A program made the position numbers and the translations under genes. Below the pieces are notes generated by a model that had not been told where the DNA came from, did no database searches, and saw only the letters and a list, made by a program, of their open reading frames with translations. From positions 160,001 to 224,000 of the forward strand of contig JBIJDH010000009.1 in NCBI GenBank assembly GCA_044344255.1: a stretch of 64,000 nt of DNA, given 5' to 3'. Of this stretch, positions 9,501 to 18,105 are shown one piece after another. Position 1 is the stretch's first letter; every line of letters starts with the position of its first letter. The stretch comes from Myxococcota bacterium. GTDB taxonomy: Bacteria; Myxococcota_A; UBA796; UBA2385.

Positions 9501-11107
9501 AGCCAGCGCAGGGCGACCTCGAGCCGGCCCTTGGGGAGGACGCTGCCCAAGGCCTGGAGCCCCATCAGCGCGGCGAAGCTCCAGCCAGGGGCGTCGGCGA
9601 CGTGGCGGGTGCAGGCGAGGCCGACGACCGTGACGAGGCCCCAGCGCCACCCCCACAGGCGGGAGAGCCCGAGGGAGACGACCAAGACGAAGAAGAGGTC
9701 AAAGAGGGACCACTCGTCGACCAGCGAGCCGCTCGTGGAGTCGACCCCCCACGCGTGGAGCAGGGTCCAGCCGGGCGGGAGGTGCAGCGTGGCGGAGAGG
9801 CGGTGAACGTCGGTGTTCCAGCCGACCGCGGGGAGGGCAGAGGGGAGGGGAGCGATGCGGGACTCGGCCACCATCCCGAGCGACTGGCTGCGGAGCTCGA
9901 CCCCGGCCCCCACACCCTTTGTGATGACCTGATCGACGCCCTGGTCGGAGACGTGGCCGGGCTCACCCGGAGCCAGCATCTCGAGCCGCCAGCCCTGGTT
10001 CATCGTCCCGCCGAAGTGATCGCGGACCGTGAGCCCGCCGCCATCTTCGTCGAGCCAGAGCTCGCGGTTCAGCGTGAGCTGGTTCGGGGCCGGCTCCGCC
10101 TCTCCGCGTCGCAGCTCCTCGAAGTGGAGGCGCTGACCGGGCTCGACGACGTAGGTGGGCAGCCCTCGCCAGCCTTCGGGGAGCGAGGTGCGGGCTGGAT
10201 CGACGGAGGGCGGGCCGCTCAGGTTCACCGCTCGCACCCGGTCGTCCTGCTGTACGGCCCAGTACTCCCGCTCCGGCCACACCTCGGAGGTCGAGGCGGG
10301 GGCCTCGAGATCGGCGGCGGGGCCCTCGAGCACCGCCTCCACGGTCACGGTCCAGGTGCCGGGGCGCACCTGGACGACGAGGCCGCCGCCCTCGGTGAAG
10401 CGGGCGGGCAGATCGGCCTGCAGCGAGACCGCGCGGGTGCCGGAGAGGAGCACGGCGCCGAGGTCGATCTCTCGGCTGGCCCCCGCCGAACGGAGCCCGA
10501 TGCGGGTTGTGACGACCACCGGCACGCCGTCCTGGATCCTCCGCGAGACGTCGAGCTCTACGCGGCTCGCTTCGGCGGCGCCGACCTCCCCCGCGCCGAG
10601 GCGCAAGGTGCCGTCCGGATCGAGGTGAGGCCAGGGGACCACCTCGCCGCGCACCCGCAGGCCCACCCGCCCCACGCTCGCGGGCATCCGGATCGTGGGG
10701 GGCAGAGCGTCCCACCGAAAGCGCCCGCTCAGCCGATGCTCCCCCGGGGACAGGCGCACCCAGGGGCTCCCCGCCCGCGCCACGACCACGCCTCGCTCGC
10801 CGTCCACGCGAAGATCGAGCGGCCAGGCACCCTCTCCGCCGGGGAGGGGCGCGTCGAGCTCCCGGTCGACCCGCACGGCGTAGCTGAAGCGGCCACCTCC
10901 GCCCTCGACGTCGAGCTCGAGCAGGCCAGGCCAGAGACAGGCGGCCTCACCGGCGACGACGGGGCAACGAAGCTCGGGGTGGGCGGCCTCCACCCAGCCG
11001 ACCCAAGGCTGGAGCTCCGGCGGGAGGGAGGCCCCGGTGGGGCGCGCCTGCGCGGTCGGGAGCCAGCCCAACGCGAGGAGGAGATGGGCAAACCAGGCCA
11101 GGACCAT
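6533..11107 (-). CDS. 1524-aa exported/multi-pass membrane protein of unknown function, internally duplicated
   Basis: Signal peptide (…PTAQA), two beta-rich regions each followed by a TM bundle, Pro-rich and acidic C-terminal tail. Confidence 0.8.
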   Translation of the reverse strand: MVLAWFAHLLLALGWLPTAQARPTGASLPPELQPWVGWVEAAHPELRCPVVAGEAACLWPGLLELDVEGGGGRFSYAVRVDRELDAPLPGGEGAWPLDLRVDGERGVVVARAGSPWVRLSPGEHRLSGRFRWDALPPTIRMPASVGRVGLRVRGEVVPWPHLDPDGTLRLGAGEVGAAEASRVELDVSRRIQDGVPVVVTTRIGLRSAGASREIDLGAVLLSGTRAVSLQADLPARFTEGGGLVVQVRPGTWTVTVEAVLEGPAADLEAPASTSEVWPEREYWAVQQDDRVRAVNLSGPPSVDPARTSLPEGWRGLPTYVVEPGQRLHFEELRRGEAEPAPNQLTLNRELWLDEDGGGLTVRDHFGGTMNQGWRLEMLAPGEPGHVSDQGVDQVITKGVGAGVELRSQSLGMVAESRIAPLPSALPAVGWNTDVHRLSATLHLPPGWTLLHAWGVDSTSGSLVDEWSLFDLFFVLVVSLGLSRLWGWRWGLVTVVGLACTRHVADAPGWSFAALMGLQALGSVLPKGRLEVALRWLRGGLLLVVLLVLVPFTLNELRTGLFPSLSRPWSQADSLDWLTAPLTLGVKDANAPGGGLVDDLEQRPGITEVQDVTVLPASATVPEAPPPPPPPPSGAAFGGLDGASVESKVNIDRVGSFSRSAKVSGGKGGEGRWDGSYAQLSLQVDPTAVVQTGPGVPRWSWSSHQLSWSGPVSADHEARLWLLGPIGNLLLGLARVGLLLTLTLRFAGFGGGAGSVWSRWREGASGLLLVMFATGLLTPHTAAAAPSPELLAELEARLTTPEDCEPDCISVSSARFRATSAATPDGGDLLTVEAELHAARPGAWIIPGPTATWVPASVLLDGQPSVALQRRPDGFLYLRVPAGVHDVYVEGPLPLTDALTLQLGDLPRSADFAGDGWSLDGIRPDGSTERSFQLTRTRKAAPGEARAADPLSPWLEVRRFLDLGIPWRVRTEVVRVGAGRAPVALKVPLLPGEAVTEQGIQVQGGAALVTLDAGRDSLTWLSTLEEADSLRLVAPSAVPWTEVWTLSCSPVYRCVTEAGGLAPLTHVQAGRVTPEWRPWPGEAVEIAVSRPDPVPGQVITVDAAELSYTPGESLSELTLVAQVRTSQGGRLSITLPEGIRLQGVDIDGVAVPAAARGRSLPIPLRPGSQRVSVRWQQDHEGWLVDRVPEVDLGSPAVNVTVTVHPSPDRWLLALQGPRWGPVPLFWSSVLVVVGAALLLGRALRPAPGAPALVPLGAGDWLLLGLGMTQVPVVVPAVVVLWIVALGWRRRRPPSGNLRPLVQVGLVLLTPIAALCLVSGVVSGLVGSPDMDIQGNGSSASLLRWFVDRSAGPLPRPVMVSAPLIAWQAAMLAWSLWLATQLISWIRWGWTCFSEGGVWTAPPVNPPVAPPVAPPVAPPRPPMEHPTGPIAVGEGDLDHEEESPEEESLEEESGQIESSMEPRRLDDEIFVPEHNYSVEDYQRHVPLSDSTQDDGPTQMSAIPALGLPAAGGEADPTDLPPRPPRR
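6861..6915 (-). repeat. 12-nt coding tandem repeat (PPVA/PPVN)
   Basis: GGGGCGACGGGT repeated on the + strand, encoding PPVNPPVAPPVAPPVAPP. Confidence 0.8.
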
Positions 11108-11173
11108 GCGCGCGCTCCGGGGTCGCCACCTCTATCGACGCCGGCCCCCCGCGTGCATGTCCCAAAATCGCGA

Positions 11174-13471
11174 TCAGGGCCGACCTGCCGACCGATGGTT
11201 CGTATGGGACCAGTCGGGGAAGACCGGGCCCTCTCCGTAGAGCACCCGGTAGAGCTGGTAGGTGCCGAGCACCCGCTTGACGTAGTGGCGAGTCTCGCGG
11301 ATGGGGATGGACTCGATGTACTCGTCGGTCGGGCGCTCCCCGTTCCCCGCCAACCACTTGCCCACGTTGCCCTCACCGGCGTTGTAGGCCGGTACGGCGA
11401 GGAACATGTTGTCGTGGAAGTAGACCCTGAGGTATTCGAGGTATCGGGAGCCGATCTTCAAGTTGGTGAGGGGATCGAAGATCGTGGCCGGGGTCACCTT
11501 CATCCCCATCCAGCCGGCGACCTGCTTGCCGGTGGCCGGCATGAGCTGAGAGAGGCCCTTCGCCCCGGCCCAGGAGACAATATCCTTGTTAAAGCTGGAC
11601 TCTTCCCTCACCAGCGCGTGAAAGACCCGGGGGTCATAACCGTACGCGCCGGCCGCCACCTGCACCTCAGGCCAGTACAGATCGGGGAAGCCCTGGCTCA
11701 GGATGCGGTCCCGATCGACGCCGAGCGTAGAGGGCGGGTGATCGATGATGTAGTGATGAAGCCGATCGTGAGCGACGATCGGGTTCTTCTTCTCCTGGAT
11801 CGTCGTGAGGAGCGCGTACTCGGAGCTGGTGAGGCTCTCCTCGGGGAGGGCGTCGAGCTCCGACATGGCCTCCACCACGAGGCCGAGGCGGGCGAGCGCG
11901 AGGCCCCGGCTGACGCCCGGATCGTCCAGGAAGGCGCCTCGCACCGTCCAGGTGTCGGGGCTGCCGGAGGGAGAGGGCCGCCGGAGCCCCGCCGCGCGCT
12001 CGGGTGCGAGCTCCTGGACGCGGCCCGAGGCGAGCAGGGCGTAGAAGGAGGTCGGCTGGGACTGGCAGAGGGTGATGAGCTGATCGACCCCCTGACGCAG
12101 GGCCTCGGGGTCCCGCGTGAGGCGGCGGGGCTCGTTGACGTCGGGGTAGAGCCGCCAACGCGCGGCCCAATAGGCGCCCGCGCCGACGTGCACGGGATCA
12201 GCGGAGAGCGGGATCTCAAAGGTCAGCTTCTCCGCCCAGCGGATGGCCTCCTCGGGCTGGCCGCTCCGGTAGGCGTCCCAGGCGAGCCGCCACATCCCCT
12301 CGGCGGCGAGATCGCCGTGCTGCTCCCGATCGGCCTCCCAGCGCCAGAGGGCCCGCGCGCGGGTGGACTCGCCCGCCTGCTGGAAGGCCACCCCGCCGAG
12401 GACGGCGCCATCATCGGCCATCCCGTGGGTAGGGTAGAGCTCTGGGATGTGCGCAAAGGCCCGCCCGGCGGCCGCCCACTCCTTCTTTCGCTCGAGCGCC
12501 TTGCCCGCGATGTAGAGGCTGCGGGCGCCCCGATCGAGGTCGATGCCCGCGCAGCGCGTCCCCGCCGGCACGAGGATCTCGGCGGCCTTCGAGACGTTGT
12601 TCCGCTTGAAATGCGAGCGCCCGAAGGAATACCAGGCCTTGCAGGAGGGGCCGTTCGCCTCGGTGAAGCGGGCGGCGTGCTTCTCGTAGAGGGCGATGAC
12701 GTCGCCATAGTCGTCGGCGTCCATCTCGCGCAGCAGGCGGGTGGCCAGCTCGTCGGCGGTGGCCTGGTGCTCCGCGCCGCGGGCCTCGAGGACGGCGAGC
12801 GCGCGGCCCGCCTCACCCGCCTCGGCGCTGTTGGGGTACTGACTCCAGATCCGCCGCAGGTGTGGATAGGCGCGGGGTGACTCGAGGCCGCTCTTCCGGG
12901 CCAGGGCGAGCAAGGCCGCGGCGGTGCCCTCGGCGGGATCGGGGCGGACGGCGAGCTCGGTCCAGAGAGTGGTGGCGAGGGCGGTCGAGCCCGCGCGCTG
13001 GCGCGCGTCGGCCTCGCGGAGGCGAGCGCGCGGGCCGACGAAGGACAGGGTGGGGACGAGCGCCAGCTCCGTGGCGGCCTCCACGGGCTGCTCCCGGGCC
13101 AGCAGGAGCTCCCCCAAGGTGAGGTGGAGGTAGTCCGCCGGCACATGATCGGCGTGGCGGACGACCTCGAGCAGCTTCGCCGCCTCGGCGCCCTTACCGA
13201 GCCGAAGCGACACCCAGGCGGTGAGGAAGGCGTGATCCCCCACCTGGTGCCCCTTCAGCGAGGTCGGGTCGATCGCCTTAAGGCCCTCGAGGGCGGCGGC
13301 GTGATCCCGCCGGGCGAGGGCGGCTGACACCGGAGGCGGGAGCGGCAGGGAGGGCTCGAGGAAGGCCGGCCCGATCAGCACCGTCTCGATCAGGGAGTCG
13401 GGCGTAGGAGGGGCGAGCGCGGACGCGGGGCCAGCGGCCAGGCCGAGGGCCAGGAAGAGGAGGGCAGGCAA
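11174..13471 (-). CDS. Soluble lytic murein transglycosylase with TPR-like helical region (Slt-like)
   Basis: C-terminal SLT motifs REES, GLSQLMP, AYNAG, ETRHYV. Signal-peptide-like N-terminus from TTG at 13471 (start uncertain). Confidence 0.9.
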   Translation of the reverse strand: MPALLFLALGLAAGPASALAPPTPDSLIETVLIGPAFLEPSLPLPPPVSAALARRDHAAALEGLKAIDPTSLKGHQVGDHAFLTAWVSLRLGKGAEAAKLLEVVRHADHVPADYLHLTLGELLLAREQPVEAATELALVPTLSFVGPRARLREADARQRAGSTALATTLWTELAVRPDPAEGTAAALLALARKSGLESPRAYPHLRRIWSQYPNSAEAGEAGRALAVLEARGAEHQATADELATRLLREMDADDYGDVIALYEKHAARFTEANGPSCKAWYSFGRSHFKRNNVSKAAEILVPAGTRCAGIDLDRGARSLYIAGKALERKKEWAAAGRAFAHIPELYPTHGMADDGAVLGGVAFQQAGESTRARALWRWEADREQHGDLAAEGMWRLAWDAYRSGQPEEAIRWAEKLTFEIPLSADPVHVGAGAYWAARWRLYPDVNEPRRLTRDPEALRQGVDQLITLCQSQPTSFYALLASGRVQELAPERAAGLRRPSPSGSPDTWTVRGAFLDDPGVSRGLALARLGLVVEAMSELDALPEESLTSSEYALLTTIQEKKNPIVAHDRLHHYIIDHPPSTLGVDRDRILSQGFPDLYWPEVQVAAGAYGYDPRVFHALVREESSFNKDIVSWAGAKGLSQLMPATGKQVAGWMGMKVTPATIFDPLTNLKIGSRYLEYLRVYFHDNMFLAVPAYNAGEGNVGKWLAGNGERPTDEYIESIPIRETRHYVKRVLGTYQLYRVLYGEGPVFPDWSHTNHRSAGRP

Positions 13472-13659
13472 GGTGGGAGCCCCGAGGCGGCGGGAGGGCG
13501 GAGGCCGAGAGGCCCCAGGTAGCGGGAGGGCAGCGGAGGGGGGGGCGGAGCGGGGGCGGAGCGGAGGCGGGACCGAGGGGTAACGAAGAGAGATCCCGCT
13601 GCCAAGCCGCTGGGCCGCACATCCTCCAACCCCCGGGCGCGCCGCCGCCGGGGGGCCCT

Positions 13660-14625
13660 TCACCACCAGTGCGTCTCGTTGAGCCGACACTCGCCGGCGG
13701 CGGCGGCGGCCCAGGGGCGGGCGGGGAGGTACTTCCAGCCGCTGTCCGAGAACATCACGACGATGTTGCCCTCGTCGATGCGCTCGGCGTAGCGGAGGGC
13801 CGCGACCAGCGCCGCGCCGGCCGACACCCCCGCCATGATCCCCTCCTCGGCGATGATGCGGCGCATGGCGAGCAAGGCCTGATCGGCCGAGACGAGGAAG
13901 CGCCCATTGAGCTGTTCGAGGTCGAGCAGCGGCGGCCGGTAGCCCTCATCGAGGCTGCGGAGCCCCTGCAGGTGCTCCCCCATCCGGGGCTCGACGCCGA
14001 TGATCTTGAGGTCCGGGTTCCGCTCGCGCAGCCGACGGCCGACGCCCATCAGGGTGCCCGCGGTGCCGATGCCGGCCACGAAGACGTCGACCCGCTCGAT
14101 CTGACGGGCGAGCTCGGCCCCGGTGACGTTGTAGTGGGTGGCCACGTTGATGGGGTTGTCGAACTGCCGGACCGGGTGCCAGCCCGGGTTGCGCGCCGCG
14201 ATGTCCATCGCGGTGTTGATCGCGCCGAGCATCCCCACCCGGGGCGGGACCCAGATCACGCCCACCCCGTACAGCTTGAGGAGGTCGGGGATGCTGTCGA
14301 CCACGCCCTCGGGGATGACCACCTTCAGCTGGTAGCCCCGCTGCCGCGCCACGGTGGCGAGCGCGATCGCGGTGTTCCCCGTGCTCGCCTCGACGAGGGT
14401 GTCGCCGGGGCGCAGGCCACGGTTGATCTCCAGGTCTTCGACCATCGCCAACGCGATGCGGTCCTTCACGCTGCCGCTCGGGTTCTGGCCCTCCAGCTTG
14501 GCGAAGATCCGGACCCCCTTCCGCGGAGAGAGGCGGCAGAGCTCGACGAGCGGCGTCCCGCCGATGGAGTCGAGGAGCGGCGCACAGCAGGGCGGGGCGG
14601 GCGGCGGGGCTTCCGTGCGGGACAT
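13660..14625 (-). CDS. cysM: PLP-dependent cysteine synthase (CysM-like)
   Basis: KLEGQNPSGSVKDR, STGNT, GIGTAGT, DSGWKYL. ATG at 14625 preceded by GAGG. Confidence 0.85.
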   Translation of the reverse strand: MSRTEAPPPAPPCCAPLLDSIGGTPLVELCRLSPRKGVRIFAKLEGQNPSGSVKDRIALAMVEDLEINRGLRPGDTLVEASTGNTAIALATVARQRGYQLKVVIPEGVVDSIPDLLKLYGVGVIWVPPRVGMLGAINTAMDIAARNPGWHPVRQFDNPINVATHYNVTGAELARQIERVDVFVAGIGTAGTLMGVGRRLRERNPDLKIIGVEPRMGEHLQGLRSLDEGYRPPLLDLEQLNGRFLVSADQALLAMRRIIAEEGIMAGVSAGAALVAALRYAERIDEGNIVVMFSDSGWKYLPARPWAAAAAGECRLNETHWW

Positions 14626-14790
14626 GGCGACCTCGATGGGGCAGGGCGTGGCATACTCCCCGAAAGACCCACCCGTGACTACCCTACCGCGTTCAGGGGA
14701 GCGCACCGCGGCGCGGCGCCGGGCCGCCCGTTCATCGCGCACCCCTTTCGCCCTCCCTCCCTCCTCACGGCCGCTGACCTCGGGAGCTCC

Positions 14791-15411
14791 GTGCAAGATC
14801 GTTCACCGGTCCTTCGCTTCCTCTGCAGGCTCTCGCTCGCGGTCGCCTTGCTCTCGCCGTTCGGCGTCGCCTCCGCCGCGCCCAAGGGGAGCCCCCCGGC
14901 GCCCCTCGCCTTGAGCGCCGAAGAGCAGGCCGTGATCGCGCAGGCCGGGATCGTGATCCGCCACGACCCCAACTCGGGCGACACCATCGGCGTCGTCGAC
15001 GTGAAGGCCCCGCCCGCCTCGACCCTCGCCGCCGTGCTCGACCTCTCCGCCCGCGCCAAGGAGGTGACGGGGCTGCGGGCCGTGGAGATCTACGAGCGCG
15101 GCCCCAGCACCTTGGCCGCGCGGATGGAGATGGGGCTGGCGGTCTACCAGGCTCGTTTCCACGTCACCTACGCTTGGGACGAAGCCTCGGGCTGGTGCAC
15201 GTGGGAGCTCGATCCTCGGCACCCGAACGACATCACCGACACCGCTGGCTCCTACCAGGTCCTCCCCCAGGGCAGCGGCACCCGCCTCGTCTACCGCTCC
15301 CACAGCGGCGGAGGGGCGATGACCCCCGACTGGCTGAAGCGGAAGCTCGCCTACAGCGCGGCCCGCGAGATGCTCAGCGGGATGCGGACCCGCGCCGAGC
15401 GCGGCGGCTGA
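14791..15411 (+). CDS. Exported SRPBCC/START-like protein
   Basis: Signal peptide then helix-grip pattern (W.LD…GSY.V…TRLVY…PDWL + C-terminal helix). It is the 3' end of the tracked 13669..15411 ORF. Confidence 0.65.
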   Translation: MQDRSPVLRFLCRLSLAVALLSPFGVASAAPKGSPPAPLALSAEEQAVIAQAGIVIRHDPNSGDTIGVVDVKAPPASTLAAVLDLSARAKEVTGLRAVEIYERGPSTLAARMEMGLAVYQARFHVTYAWDEASGWCTWELDPRHPNDITDTAGSYQVLPQGSGTRLVYRSHSGGGAMTPDWLKRKLAYSAAREMLSGMRTRAERGG

Positions 15412-15417
15412 CACGGC

Positions 15418-15801
15418 TCAGGCTGCGGATCCCCAGTCGCCGGGCCCAAGGGGCGGCATCCCCCAGCGGGCGCGGGCCTCGTCACAGCGCTCGTTCGGCG
15501 TCCCGTCTTCATAGGAGGGCGGGAATTCGCGGCACACGCTCGAGCGCAGCGGGTGGATCCCACAGCGGGCGAGGACGCCGATCTCCCCCTCCAGGGCCAC
15601 GCAGCGCGGGTGCTCCTGGTTCATGCCCCGCATCACCACCCGAAAGGGGGTGAGCGGCTCGACGAGGGCCTCGGGCACGGTGCCGCCGTTGGCGTCGGTC
15701 TCGCCCCAGAAGAAGGAGCAACGAAAGGTGGCGCAGCAGGCCCCGCAGCGGAGGCAGGGGTGCAGCGGCGAGGGAGGGGAGGGGTCAGGGGAGGCAGGCA
15801 C
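15418..15801 (-). CDS. YkgJ family cysteine-cluster protein
   Basis: CLRCGACC…RCVAL…CGIHPLRSSVCREF pattern. Confidence 0.85.
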   Translation of the reverse strand: MPASPDPSPPSPLHPCLRCGACCATFRCSFFWGETDANGGTVPEALVEPLTPFRVVMRGMNQEHPRCVALEGEIGVLARCGIHPLRSSVCREFPPSYEDGTPNERCDEARARWGMPPLGPGDWGSAA

Positions 15802-16003
15802 AGAGACACACCGCAGGCAGGGGGAGGTTGTCCAGCCGATCCGGACCGATGGGAGCGGGAAGCCGCACCGGGACTATCCGATCGCCCGACCAGCCGCCTC
15901 GTGACCCCGCTTGCCGCGGCGGGGGTCGGCGCTTAACGAAGGGGCCCTCACCCGCCGGCGACGCCCCTCGAACGCGGAGCGCCCCGGAACACCGGAGCCC
16001 ACC

Positions 16004-17284
16004 ATGGCCAGCACCCCCGCCCGCCGCGCTCGCCCCCGCGCCTTCATCGCCGGAGGCGCCCACACCACCTACATCGGCAAGGGCAGCCCCGACTATATCT
16101 GGAAGAAGCACCCCGACTTCGGCAAGCGCGACAACCCGGACATCGAGCAGCTCCTCAAGCAGGCGGTAGACGGCACCCTCGCCGACACCGGCGTCGATCC
16201 CGCGGATGTGGACCGCCTCTACGTCGGGAACTTCGTGGGTGAGCTCTTCGTTAACCAGGGCCACCTCGGCGCCGCGCTCGTCGGCTCCCACCCCGCCTTC
16301 GCTGGCAAGCCCGCCTCCCGCCTCGAGGCCGCGTGCGCGTCGGGCGGGCTCGCCGTCCTCTCCGGCCTCGACGCCATCGCCGCTGGCGCCGACATCGTGC
16401 TGATCGCCGGGGTCGAGGTGCAGACCACCCAGTCCGCCCGCGTCGGCGGGGACTATCTCGCCCGCGCCGCCCACTACCGCCGCCAGCGCGGCATCGACGA
16501 CTTCACCTTCCCCGCGCTCTTCGCCGCCCGAATCCGAGCCTACCGCGAGCGCTACGGCCTCACCGACGAAGAGCTCGGCCGGGTCGCGATGAAGGCCTAC
16601 GACAACGCGAACCGCAACCCCTTCGCCCACATGAAGGCGAAGAAGATGACGATGGAGGTCGCCGGCTCGGTCAACGAGGAGAACCCGACCTTCCTCGGCA
16701 ACGAGGAGCTCCGCCCCTACCTCAAGGTCACCGACTGCTCCCAGGTGAGCGACGGCGCCAGCGCGCTCCTTCTCGTGAGCGAGGCCGGCCTCGAGAAGCT
16801 GGGCCGCAGCTACGCGGACGTCGTCGAGATCGTCGGCCAGGGCCACGCGGTATCCAGCCTGTACGAGGACGGAGACCCCACCTCCCTCCCCACCGTCCGC
16901 CTCGCCTTCGAGAAGGCCTACAAGGACGCCGGCATCCGCGCCGCGGACGTCGAGATCGCCGAGGTCCACGACTGCTTCACCATCGCCGAGATCATGGCGA
17001 TGGAGGCCGCGGGCTTCGCGGCTGCGGGGCAAGGCGCCCAGCTGATCGGTGAGGGCATCACCGGCCTCGGCGGCTCGCGTCCGGTCAACACCGGCGGCGG
17101 CCTCGTCGGCTTCGGCCACCCGGTCGGCGCCACCGGCGTCAAGCAGCCGCTCGAGCTCTTCCGCCAGATGAAGGGCCGCTGCGGCGACTATCAGGTGCAG
17201 CGCCCCCTCTCGGTCGGCGTCACCTCGAACATGGGCGGCGACGACAAGACCGTCGTCTCCCTGGTCGTCCGCAACTGCGGGTGA
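16004..17284 (+). CDS. Thiolase, SCP2-thiolase type (acetyl-CoA C-acyltransferase)
   Basis: EAACASG, HDCF, GHPVGATG, NMGG fingerprints. Confidence 0.92.
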   Translation: MASTPARRARPRAFIAGGAHTTYIGKGSPDYIWKKHPDFGKRDNPDIEQLLKQAVDGTLADTGVDPADVDRLYVGNFVGELFVNQGHLGAALVGSHPAFAGKPASRLEAACASGGLAVLSGLDAIAAGADIVLIAGVEVQTTQSARVGGDYLARAAHYRRQRGIDDFTFPALFAARIRAYRERYGLTDEELGRVAMKAYDNANRNPFAHMKAKKMTMEVAGSVNEENPTFLGNEELRPYLKVTDCSQVSDGASALLLVSEAGLEKLGRSYADVVEIVGQGHAVSSLYEDGDPTSLPTVRLAFEKAYKDAGIRAADVEIAEVHDCFTIAEIMAMEAAGFAAAGQGAQLIGEGITGLGGSRPVNTGGGLVGFGHPVGATGVKQPLELFRQMKGRCGDYQVQRPLSVGVTSNMGGDDKTVVSLVVRNCG

Positions 17285-17829
17285 AAGCGCGGGCGCTGCC
17301 GGCCCTCGTCGTCGGGCTCCTGCTCGTCAGCGGGGGGGTCGCGCTGTGGAGGGAGGTCGGCGCGCCTGAGCCCGCTCCGCCCGCCCTCCCTCCCGCGGAC
17401 ACTACGAAGGGGCCCGCACCCCTCCGGCGCCCCGGTCGGGGGCCGGAGAGCCCGCCCGCGCTCCCCTCGGCCGAGGAGGTCTCCCGCGCCGAGGCGCCGC
17501 CGGTGGACGACTTCGCGGAGCACCTCGAAGAGGTGAGGCCGCTCTGGCGCGACACTGCCGAGATCGTGGCCCACTCGACCATCCCTGAGCTCGTCGACAT
17601 CGTCGTCGGAATGGAGGAGAGGGTCACCCAGGCCGGCGCGCTCCCGCCGCTCGAGCGCCGAGCGCTGGTCGCCGACGAGCTGCAGCTCGTCTCCTTCTTG
17701 CGCATGCGCTACGCCGGCTTCGCCCCGCTGGAGGCGCCCCTCGACCGCCTCGACGCCGCCGTGCGCGAGATGTTGCCGCCCGCGGAGGTTCAGGAGGCGG
17801 CGAGCGGCGCCGCAGCCGGCGGGGGCTGA
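17281..17829 (+). CDS. Hypothetical membrane-anchored protein
   Basis: GTGA overlap with thiolase stop. N-terminal TM, Pro-rich linker, helical domain. Confidence 0.6.
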   Translation: MKARALPALVVGLLLVSGGVALWREVGAPEPAPPALPPADTTKGPAPLRRPGRGPESPPALPSAEEVSRAEAPPVDDFAEHLEEVRPLWRDTAEIVAHSTIPELVDIVVGMEERVTQAGALPPLERRALVADELQLVSFLRMRYAGFAPLEAPLDRLDAAVREMLPPAEVQEAASGAAAGGG

Positions 17830-17871
17830 CCCAGGCCCCACGGCGGAGGCCGGGACGGGCCCGACGGCCGC

Positions 17872-18105
17872 TCAGCGCGCCCGGATCGAGCGGAGCTGAA
17901 GCGTCGGGCCCACCATCGAGAACCCGAAGGCGCCCGAGTCTTCATCCCCTTCGACCTCCACCATGCGGCCGATCAAGGCGGGATCGACCTGCCCATCGAG
18001 GCTCCAGCGCGAGCCGTCGGCCGCCTCCAGGACGATCACGCCCGGGCCGAGGTCGAGGCGGAGGAGGCGCCCCGTCAGCCGCCTGCGGGTGCTGGCGCCG
18101 CTCAC
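17872..18105 (-). CDS. Small hypothetical OB-fold-like protein
   Basis: GTG overlaps the S8 peptidase stop. 77 aa with LTG.L…G..V.VEG…G pattern. Confidence 0.55.
   Translation of the reverse strand: MSGASTRRRLTGRLLRLDLGPGVIVLEAADGSRWSLDGQVDPALIGRMVEVEGDEDSGAFGFSMVGPTLQLRSIRAR

Noticed and set aside
13500..13580. G-run-rich stretch (possible G-quadruplex) upstream of the slt-like gene
   Set aside because: G-runs are common at this GC content, and the stretch may simply encode a Pro-rich N-terminal extension.
14626..14790. SAM riboswitch or T-box upstream of cysM
   Set aside because: No recognisable SAM-I/II core or T-box consensus on the minus strand.
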